Origin: a virus
DNA length: 64,000 bases
Direction: 5' to 3' (one strand)
IMG/VR virus record: IMGVR_UViG_3300044640_003674
Coordinates: 4,167 to 68,166 of that record
In this document: positions 28,034 through 38,400 of the stretch, piece by piece
Numbering within the stretch: position 1 is the first letter of the stretch
Layout of the letters: the number at the start of each line of letters is the position of its first letter
The notes under the pieces: generated by a model
The model's input: the letters and a program-made list of their open reading frames with translations, nothing else
Database searches by the model: none
What the model was told of the DNA's origin: nothing
Program-made: the position numbers and the translations under genes

Positions 28034-29176
28034 ATGGCAAACCCTATCACCTGGCGTAACGTGGATGCCCCCTCGATTGGGGAAGCATCCCGAGCCATGC
28101 AGGTGGCTCAGCAGTCTTTCAATGCTGGCTTCGGTACCCTGGATCGTGTCTTGCAACAGCAGCAAGCTGCCAACCAGGGTGTGCTGGATCGCCAAGCTGC
28201 AGACAACACGCTGCGTTTCAAGGAGCTCGTGGCTGGTGCAACTCCTCAGCAGCTGGCTGCAATGCAGGCTTCGGGTCAGCTGGATCAGCTCCGTGCTGGC
28301 ATGGACATCCGCGGTCGTGAATCGGTTGTCGGAGCTGAGGAAGCCCGAGCAGAGCTGCTCAAGGCTCGTGGTCGTAGCGACATCGTGTTCGACCAGACCC
28401 AGCAACGCTTCGTCAATGAGAAGGATGGCTGGCGGCACACCGCGGCATTGCGTCCTTTGGAACTGCGCAGCAAGCAGCTCGATGTCACCGGCAAGGAGAC
28501 TGATCTGAAGCGTGGTGATGAGCGCTTCGGGTGGGAGCGGGTCAACCAGGATCAGCGTGTTGCCATGTTCCCCCTGGAGCAGAAGAAGGCAGAGGCATCG
28601 ATCCGGTCGAGCAACGCATCTGCAGCTGCTTCCTTTGCCCAGGCCGGTGAGTCTGGTGCTCGTGTGAAATACATGGCCGAAGATCGTGAATCTGCCAAGG
28701 CCGCGGCCAAAGCAGCAGCACGTACTCAGCTGCTCCGAGACGCAGGGAACATCTACGCAGAAGGTGTTCTGACTCCTGGTTCGGCCCAGGAACTCCGCAA
28801 GCTGCTGACCGAGAACAAGATCGGCGACAGCGATGCGCAGAACGCGATGATCGATGCGATCGGCAAACTGCAAGAAGTTGAGTTGGATTACGTCGATTCG
28901 AACAATCGCCTGGTCAAGAAGAAGGTGCCGGTGCCTTTGAGCGTAGCAAAGCTGGCACTCAGCTCTGCGAGCGGTGGTTTCTTGTGGAACACGGACAACG
29001 ACTGGGCACAGTCTGTGACCGAGAGCATCAAGGACCAGATGACCAAGATCATCGATCAACAGACTGCTGATGGTCGGCCATACAAGCAAAACAAGGCGGT
29101 GTTCGACTTTGCGCAGTACATGGATACGAAGGCTGCTGCTGCAGAGAACCCGCCTGTTGCTAAGCGGGGCCGGTGA
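28034..29176 (+). CDS. N4 gp51-like ejection protein
   Basis: MANPITWRNV N-terminus; A/Q-rich; upstream of vRNAP. Confidence 0.75.
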   Translation: MANPITWRNVDAPSIGEASRAMQVAQQSFNAGFGTLDRVLQQQQAANQGVLDRQAADNTLRFKELVAGATPQQLAAMQASGQLDQLRAGMDIRGRESVVGAEEARAELLKARGRSDIVFDQTQQRFVNEKDGWRHTAALRPLELRSKQLDVTGKETDLKRGDERFGWERVNQDQRVAMFPLEQKKAEASIRSSNASAAASFAQAGESGARVKYMAEDRESAKAAAKAAARTQLLRDAGNIYAEGVLTPGSAQELRKLLTENKIGDSDAQNAMIDAIGKLQEVELDYVDSNNRLVKKKVPVPLSVAKLALSSASGGFLWNTDNDWAQSVTESIKDQMTKIIDQQTADGRPYKQNKAVFDFAQYMDTKAAAAENPPVAKRGR

Positions 29177-29195
29177 GTCTGCTACATTGGCTTGC

Positions 29196-29405
29196 ATGAA
29201 GATCACACAAGCCAATCTTGAGCAGGGGCTCTACCGTCTGTACGTACTCGCCCAGACAATCTTGGTGGGTATTGCTGGGGTGGAGCTGATTCACAGACCA
29301 TCACTGCATCGCTTCACGATACTGGTGCTGTGTATTGGTATCCCGATGATCCTCGGGTATTTCATCAAGTGGATCTACCGAGGATTCTTTCCAAAATCGG
29401 ATTAG
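29196..29405 (+). CDS. Small 2-TM membrane protein (moron-like)
   Basis: 69 aa, two hydrophobic segments, ends KWIYRGF; preceded by TGCTACATT (extended -10-like). Confidence 0.6.
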   Translation: MKITQANLEQGLYRLYVLAQTILVGIAGVELIHRPSLHRFTILVLCIGIPMILGYFIKWIYRGFFPKSD

Positions 29406-29430
29406 TAACTCTCCAGAGGGTTGAAATACA

Positions 29431-29459
29431 TAAAGGGGCTTAGGCCCCTTTATTCTTTT
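29431..29459 (+). terminator. Intrinsic terminator
   Basis: TAAAGGGGC-TTAG-GCCCCTTTA-TTCTTTT. Confidence 0.8.
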
Positions 29460-29467
29460 GAGAGAGA

Positions 29468-32400
29468 ATGCGGGCAGTCAATTTACTGGCGCCCAATATG
29501 TCCGACTTCGATTCGTCCTCGTACTTCAAGAAAAAGATTGATTCGCTGAATCTCCCGAAGGGATTTGCGATTCAAGAAGCCATGCAACGAAAGGTTGCTG
29601 ATCTTCAGGAGTATCAGGTAGCAGTTGCAGCTGGACGGGCACTTACTTCCCCTGACAGGACTGTCGGGGATATTGCTGGTGATGTGGCCATTACCGCAGC
29701 CAAGAGCGCTATTGGTTTGCCGGAATCCATTGTCGGTATTGCCGACATTCCCACCGGTGGTCGTGTCGGTAAGTTCATCGAAGAGAACACTCCGATCCAG
29801 TTCAAGAAGACCAAGGAGATCTTGGACTCTGGCTTGTCTGATGCTCAGAAGGAAGCCAACCTGCGAGTGCAGCTGGCTGAGGGTTTCGGTGGCACCATCG
29901 AAGCTGCCCTGGATAACCCGAGCGTCATCGCCACCACGGTGGGCGAATCGCTTGGTTCCATGATCGGTGGTGCCGCGGCTGCTCGAAAGATTCTTGGTGT
30001 CGGTGCCAAGGCAGTCAGTGCCGGTGCAGGAGCTACTGGCCCTGTCCTGCCTGGCGTGCTTGCCCGTAAGGTGGGTACGGACCTGGCACCTGTCATTGCA
30101 GGTGCTGTGGGTGAAGGCATCCTGGGCGCAGGTTCTGCTGCTTCCCAGATCCGAGGTGAGACTGAAGACGGTCTGCTGACCCCCAAGCAAGCCTTGTCGG
30201 CTGTGGGCTCTGGTGCTGGTACTGCTGTCCTTGGCTTCGCCGGTGGCAAGCTGGCTCAGAAGCTGGGTGTGCCTGACCTGGATACGGCCTTGGCAGCTGG
30301 CACGGTGAAGAGTCCTGCTGGTTTCCTGAAGGCAGTTGTTGGTGCAGGCATCTCTGAAGGCGTCTTCGAAGAGATGCCTCAGTCTGCCCAGGAACAGGTA
30401 TGGCAGAACTACGCACTGGACAAGCCCCTGCTGGAAGGCGTGGACAAGGCCTCTGCCATGGGTTTGCTGGCTGGTGTGGCCATGGGTAGCGGTACCGGTG
30501 TTGCAGGCGCTCTGGCGCCTTCTGATGCCGCCAAGCGCAAGCGCAACGACCGGGACGAGGACCCTGCCCGTGAAGCAGTCCTGGAGACGGCCTCCAAGAC
30601 CGGCAACGTGGATGCGTTGCTGAACATCAAGAGCAAGGACTACTCGCCGGAGAACGCTGTCCTGGCTCTGCTGGCACATGCCAAGAATCCGGAAACCAGT
30701 GGAGAGCAACGTGCCACCAACCTGAGCAAGGCCCAGGAAGTGATGGCAGGTCTTGAGCGTCAGCGTGATGCTGCTCGTAGCGAGCTCGAACTGGAGTCTC
30801 CTGAAGGTCTTGCCGCCAAGCTGGGCCAGGTACAGGAAGTCATTGCCTCTGCTCCTGAAGAAGACCGTGCCCTCTACGAAGAGATGCTGGCTGAGCTGCA
30901 GGCTCGTCAGGTCGAGATGGATACCAATCCTGATCGCACCCAGGCGATCAAGGCACTGACGGATCAGATCTCCGGCTTGGATGGTCAGATCTCCAAGGCC
31001 CGACAGTCTGTTGATCAGATTGCTGGCTTGGTGTCTGCTCCTGAGCAGGTGTCTGCCGACATGGCCCTATTGAGCCAAGCAGTGAACACCCAGGACAGCG
31101 ATGCGGTGGCTGCGCAGCAGCAAGCCGCAGAGCGGATCATCAATCTCTCGATGGCCAGTCCCGATCGTGTGGATCGTGCACAAGCGCTTGCCCTGGTGAA
31201 GACCGCGGGCAACGCCTTGACCAACCAGCAGCGTGCTTACCTGCGTGCCTTCTCGGATGCCCGAGTGGCCGACAACCTGGCCAAGGATGCTGACGTGGTG
31301 AGCAGCGACATCTGGCGTGGTTCCTCCAAGGGCGCAGAGGTCAAGTACTGGGGCATCAAGCAGTACCGCCGTGAGATCGCTGCTGCCATCGCTGCCGGTG
31401 ATCAGGCCAAGGCAACTCGTCTGCTGGCTCAGATGCAGAGCTTCAACACCGACCACAGCCAGAAGGCTCGCCTGCTGAGCAAGGTCAAGGACGGCCAACA
31501 GATCATGCGTACCGACGCTGGCTGGGTGGTCAACACCGGCAAGCGCCTCACGAACGCAGAGCGTGACGCCAATGGCGCCTTCACCAAGAACTCCGATGAA
31601 GTCGTGGGGAAGATTGGTCGTGAAGCCAGTGTCCTCCGCGCCGCCACTGCCGAGCTGGCAGCTGCAGTGACTCTCAAGTTCCCAACCACCGCAGGAGACA
31701 TCAATGTCCCGAACTCTGCGCAATCCACGAACCCGAGCACCGGCCAAAGTCGAAGCACGCAAAGTGCATCGGGCCAAGCTGCAACAAGCGAGGGTCAAAG
31801 CGAGTCTGCAGGAGCTGCTGCTCCCGTCGCCGCTGGTAATGGAGTCGATTCACAGTCGACTGGAGTTGGAGTCTCCGACTCTACTCCGGTAGCTCAGAAA
31901 GCTGAGAAGACTCAGGAGACTGCAACTGAAGTTCAGTCGACTACCACTCAAGATCCAGTTGAGGTCATTGAGGAGTCTAATCAGAATGATACAGCCATCA
32001 GTGAAGCGCCGGCAGCGCCTACTCAAGATCAGTTGGCTGAGTCTGTGGAAGATGCACCGCTGGATGAGCTGAGCGCTGAGTCTGCTGAAGCCAGTTCTAC
32101 CGAGACTCAGCCGGGTACTCTGGCTGCTGTCTTGGAGAAAGGTCCTGAAGGAGCTACGTTCTTTGACAAGCGACTGGGTGACTTCGTTGCTCAGGTGGGC
32201 AAGTCTCGTCCTCTGGTTGCAGTCAAAGACTTCATGGATGAGGTCCGTGCAGGTAAGAAGAAGATCACAGACTTCCTGCCGGATACTGAGTTGTCTGATG
32301 ATCAGAAGAATGTGATTCGTCTGCTGTCTGGCAAGCTCCGTCAGTGGTCTGATCCGATCAAGAAGAATCTGCGTCCTCGTGACAAGTTCCAGCACGAAGA

Positions 32401-35400
32401 TCCCATTCGTTTCTTGACTGGTTCCGGTGACCTGGAGCAGAACGTGAAGACAGCCATGGTTGCGGCTGCATTCACCTGGCTCAATGATGAGATCCGTCGC
32501 AAGTCGAATACGGACGAGGCGATCAACGCTCTGTTGGGTCGTGACTCGGATCACCAGGTGAGCCTGGCTGAGCGCAATCTCTTCAACGAAGGCTCGTATC
32601 AGTCCACCGTGGCTGAGGCTCTGGGCCAGCGGATCATTGCTGCCCTTGGCTTCAAGGCCTTCAAGGATGCCCCGCAAGACATCCTGCCGAAGCTGAAGAT
32701 GTCCTTGGGCTCACATGCCCTGGCCCTGTTGGAGCAGCAAGGCATGGTGGAGAGCTTCACCGTCCCTGACTCTGTGATTCGTCGGATGCGTGGTGAAGAT
32801 CTCGAGGTCGCTGAGCAGGGTGGAAAGCCAGACCTGGATCACACCTTCTACAAGCTGGTGCAGGATTCCAAGGAAGTCCTGGACATCACTGACACGATGG
32901 CTGGTACGAAGGGCATCCTGGACAAGCTGTTCGGTATTGAGTCTTCACAGATTCGTCCGAGCCTGGCACCGGTGAAGGGTGTCCAGAAGACCACAGACAC
33001 CGGCATGGGCGTGCCCAATGCCTTGCAGAAGGTGGTTCGTCAGAACCAGACCAAGAACGAGCGGCACCTGAACACAGGTCCGATGGATGTCCTGGCCAAG
33101 CTGGATGAAGAGCTGGCTCTGGCGATCGCTGGTGTGGTGCGTCCTGATGAGCACACCCATGGCGCCAAGCGCCGCAGCATCGAAGCCAAGAACGATGGAC
33201 TCGCCCGTGAGTACAAGAACTTCATGGAGTTCGTCCTCGAAGACTTGGTGCAGGGTGAAGGCAAGGACAAGGGCTTCTTCTACCGCTATGACGTGTGGAA
33301 GCAGCAGCGCGTCGGTATCAAGACCAACGTGGGCAATCCGCAGACCAGCAAGATCGCACGCTGGTTGACCTACTCCAAGGCCTGGAACACGGAGATCCGC
33401 TTCGACGATACGAATCTGATGACTGGTTTCATGCTCCGAGTGGCTGAAGGCCTGGGGGTCAAGACGGAACGTGGTGCAAGCGAGCTGTCGGTGGCCAAGG
33501 CAGAAGCTGCATTGAAGCAGCCTGAGATGGTGGCCGGTGTTGCAGCTATCCGTGCAGCACTGGATGGTGCTGACCTGAGTGCTGAACAGCAGGCCGCGGT
33601 GGTTGCTGCTGTGAAGGCGGCAGGAGAAAAGATGCACAGCCTGGCCGCTCTGGTGGCCTGGGCGCAGCACCAGGCAGCCAAGGAGGCCGGGCAAGAAGCA
33701 TTCACTACCAACCTCATGGGTGAAGTCGATGGTGTGGCCAACGGCACGATGCTGAACCATGTGCTGTACGGAGCTGGCACTGATGGTCTGCTGGAGCGTG
33801 GTGGCTTCTTCACCTTGGACAGCAAGTTCCGTCAGTTCAATCTGTGGCGCGGTACTCCAGGGAACCTGGACATCTACGAAGCCACAGCCAAGAAGATCTC
33901 TCAGTACATCGCCAGCATGAGTGACCTGGGCCAGCTGACTGGGGCAATCTGGTCGGTGATCGGCAATCCGGTGGACACGGAAGGCAATGCCACCAAGGAC
34001 GGTCGCACGCTGGTGAAGAGTGCTCTGAATCCGCTGAACTATGGTTCTGGCTTCAACAGTGTGAAGCGCAACCTGGCCGGTGAGTTCATCGAGTCGATCT
34101 ACAGCGCCTTCGAGGACTTCTCTTCGGGCAAGCGCCCGAGCGTGACCAAGCCCGAGAGCCTGAATGACTTTGTGCAGCAGCTGAATGTGCTGCTGGCCCA
34201 GACCAAGAACACTCGCCTGCTCCCGATCAATGAGCCGGCCAGCTTCTACCTGGAAGCCAATGTCCTGAGCTACAAGCAGATCGATGCACTGGAGAGCGTC
34301 TACACCGGCATCGTTGGTCAGGCTGTGGAGGATGTGGTTGGTGTTGAGTTTGGTGGCTTCATGGCTTCGACCAAGCAGCTCATCAAGACCACGCAGCTGA
34401 CCTATGACCTGTTCAATGCGGTCTACCAGGCTGAGCGTGAGAAGCTGATCGCTGACCTGGGCATTCCCACTCGCAAGAAGCGTGATGCTGAAGGTGTGCC
34501 CGTTCACGATCTGACAGCAGAGCAGGAAGGTGAGCTCCGTAGTCGTCTGGCTTCGATCATGCCGCTGATGCACACGGCTATGTCGCAGCGTGATGACAAC
34601 TACCGCAATGGCATCCTGTTGGCCAAGCGTGAGCTGCAGCGTGCACCGAACAACAGCTACGAAGTTGAGGTGACCTTCGGCCAGAAGATCAAGAATGGTC
34701 AGCACACGATGACTGTTCGCCCTCAAGTGATGGGGCAGGCTGGTCCTGGTGTGTTGGCTGTGTCTGCTGGTACTCACTCGACTGACAGTGCGATCTCTCA
34801 CGACACTCAAGATGGTCGACCAATCCTGAACATCCACGACGCATTGGGTGGTGGTGTCGGTGGTCTGGCTGAGATGACCACGGCTTTCAACAAGGCAACC
34901 TTCGAGAACCTGCTGGCCTACTCTCCCCTGCGTGCTGGACACAATGCGCTGGCTCGTGTGGTGACTGGTTTGGCCAAGATGCATTCCGATGGTCAGTTGT
35001 CTGATCAGGCCCTGGCCAACATCAAGAAGGTGCTGAAGTCTGGCAAGTCCCTGGACAAGGCACTGCAGGATTCTTTCGAGGCAGCACTGCTGGCCGATCG
35101 ATCCAAGCTGGACATCATGAGCCGGTGGGCAGTGGTCGACCAGTACCCGATGGACAACAACGGGTACCAGGTGACGGATGCTGATCGCAAGCGAGTCAAC
35201 ACCCTGGCAGCCAACCTGGCTCCTGATGTTGCTCCTCTGACCCAGGCAGCAAGCGAAGTCCTGAATCAGGCTCTTGGCTTCAAGGCGGAGAAGAAGGCAC
35301 CGGCACAGAAGCCTGCTGCCAAGCAATCGAACTGGGGCACTGTCGGTACGCCTACTGCTGCACCGAACCCGCTGCTGTTGAGCCTGCTCCAGGGTAAGGG

Positions 35401-38400
35401 CAAGGTTTCTGCCAAGTCTGTGGTCGAGACTCTGCAGGGCGTGCAGTGGCGCAATCCTGGCTACAAGCTCCTGCTGGATCTGGTTGCCAAGGCTCTGCCC
35501 GACAACCTGACGGTGCAGATGGTTGATACGAGCACTCCGGTGGATCAGGTGATCGAGATGCCCAAGATGCCTTCCAAGGCCTGGATGGTGTCTGGCTCTG
35601 GTCGGAACGAGATCTACTTCCTGGGTCCTGAGTTTGCAGCCTCTGCAATGACTCCTGAGACTCTGCTGCACGAGCTCCTGCATGGTGCGCTGGCTCGCTA
35701 CCTGGTGGATCTCAGCTCCGGCAAGGTGAAAGACCCTGACGCTCAGGCCTTGGTGGCTGAGTTGGAGAAGCTGCTGGAGCGTGCTCGCAAGCATGAGCTG
35801 GCTGACAAGTACCAGGCTGCACTGAGCAACCTGGATGAGTTCATCTCCTGGGGCATGACCAATGCTGCCTTCCAGGCAGATGTGCTGACCAAGCTGCGAG
35901 TGACTCATAAGTCGAGTCAGAACAAGTGGCTGAGCGGCATGCAGGACTTCATGCGCAACCTGACCCAGCTGATGGGCAAGGCCCTGGGCCGCAAGCTCAA
36001 CGGTGAAGCTGTCAACGGTCTTGGCCTGCTGGTTGCTAATGTGACTGGTTTGGTCAAGGCAGCGGAGCAGCAAAAGGCAGGTGACCCTGCTGAAGCAACG
36101 CTGAACCTGTCGATGGCTGCGGTGGATGACTACACCACCAGCCAGATCTTCCAGGCGCTGAATGAGCCCAGCAAGCCCCTGGAGCCTGCATTCGAGTCTC
36201 AGCTGAGCCGTATGCTGGGTGGCATCGTCAACACGCTCCATGGCCCGTTTGGTGCCTTTGCCGCGGCAGTCCGGGGCTACGCCCCTGCCTCGCCGCTGGA
36301 TGCTTGGTTGGTGGCTCAGCAGAATGGCCTGGTGCCCTTCTCCAGCGAGGTGGCTGCAAACCTGCCGGCATCACAGCAAGAGCTGTTCGTGATCGAGCAG
36401 ATCGAGGCTACGGTCAAGGCAGCGCTGCAGGACAACGCAGCTCTGACCAAGGTGGCCTACAAGGAGCTGACGGAAGTGTTCTCCGAAGCACAACAGACGC
36501 TGAAGCCTTCGGACTTCAAGGACCCTGCTCACTACGACTTCATCTTCGGTGTGAAGGCTGCGGGATCTGACGGCAAGAGCGACTATCTGGCCCGGTTCGC
36601 TGCGCTGGCGCTCGCTCACCAGGGCCTGAACAAGTTGCTGCAAGTTCCGAGCAAGAAGACCCGGAACATCAGCGACGGCAAGACGCTGGCCGACAAAGTT
36701 GAGATCGCTTTCGAGAAGATCCTTGGGTTCTTCTCTCGGATGGCTACGAAGACCTTCGACGGTCAGCGACTGGACAGCAAGGTGCAGACCTTGGTGGAGC
36801 AGCTGGTCAGTATCGAAGCCAAGCAGCGTGAAGCGATCAAGGATCAGCAGGCACGCAAGGACTTCCTGGCTCCGGTCGAGGAGATGGTCAAGACTGGTCG
36901 TGATGCGGTCATGAGCAAGCTCGAAGCCGCGGCAGGTTCTGAGTTCTTCCGCAATGCCAAGAGCGGTGCGGTGCGTGGTGGTGCTGCCCTGGTTCGGACG
37001 GTGGCAATGAACCGCCAGGAAGAGTTCCTGAAGCAGTTCCAGGACTACCGCGACAACACGCTCAATGAGCGTGGTGGTTTCCTGTCTTCCATCTTGAATG
37101 AGGTGGTGGGCCAGAAGGAATTCGCAGAGAAGGCACTCCGTGTTGTGAAGCACTTCGAGAACCGTCGAAAGGGTGTCATCGACGGTACCAGCAAGATGGC
37201 TCTGGAGTCCTTCATCAACGAAGGCAAGGACCTGACGGAAGAAGCCAAGGCAGCACTGACCCGAGTGTTCATGCGGACAGGTGCACACACCCTGATGGGT
37301 CGCTATGACTTCACCCAGCTGCAGAGCATGCTGACTGATCGTGCTGCGATCTTGAAGGAAGTGGCTGCTATCGAGGCGGCATTCCCTGCCAAGCTGCGTC
37401 GGCTGTATGTTGGCCAGGCTCAGGCCCTTGGCCTACATAAGGCTACTGGTTTGGTCGAAGGCCTGGTGATGCCCAATGCTCATGTGATCGCTCGCATGCT
37501 GGGCACTCCGTATCAGCAGCAGATCGATGCTGATCAGGCCGCGGCACATGAGGATGGCGTCAAGGCACTGATCACTCTGTATGCCCTGCTGCACACGGAC
37601 AAAGCCAGCAAGACCGAAGCAGCCCAGGTCCTGGCCAAGGAGCTCGCTCGTGATGATGGCGGCAACGGTGTGGACTTCCTGCTGAAGGCTACTCGCCAGT
37701 TCGAGCAGGATTCCCTTGAGCGCCTCTTCGCCGGTAACCCGGTGCTGATGCAGCATGGCTACACCCCGGAGATCTACAACCCGCACACCGACATCAAGGT
37801 GGTGACGGCAGAGGAAGGCCAGAAGCTGGCAGCCCAGGGCTACACGGCACACTCGAAGCTGAGCGAAGACCCTGCTGATCCGGACAGCGAGAGCAAGCAG
37901 ATCTTCGTTCGAAGCGGTGCTGCACTGGCTCGCTGGGAATCGGGTGTGATGTCGCTGACGGATGTGGGTACCAAGGGCACCACGATCCACAACGGATTCA
38001 CGAACCCCAAGCATCCGGACGGTGCACAGAATGCAAGTCGTCAGGCCGCGGTGACGCAAGCCAAGATGAACCTGCTGCGTCAGCCGTTGGGCCCGCATCG
38101 AGACATGAGCAAGACAGCCAAGAGCGGTCTGGTTCCTGTCTACAACGAGCAGGGAAAAATTGTGAACTGGCGCTATCTGATGCGTGAGCAGACCAAGGAT
38201 GTGGTGCTGCAGCGGAACAATCGTTTCGAGGATGTTCTGGGTACTTACGCTGGTTCGATCTTTGACAAGACCGGTACCCCCAAGAACAACCTGGCAGCGA
38301 TCCAGGCCTTGAAGACGCAGTACGACGCAGATGGTAGCGTTCGTCGACTGAAGGGCTACCACCTGGTGGGTCCGGATAGTCCTGATGCTGAGCTGCGGAC

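Noticed and set aside
32945-36241. 1098-aa minus-strand ORF (also 21423-23747 and 27554-29215)
   Set aside because: Antisense shadows of vRNAP, capsid and ejection genes; L/Q/H-rich mirror composition.
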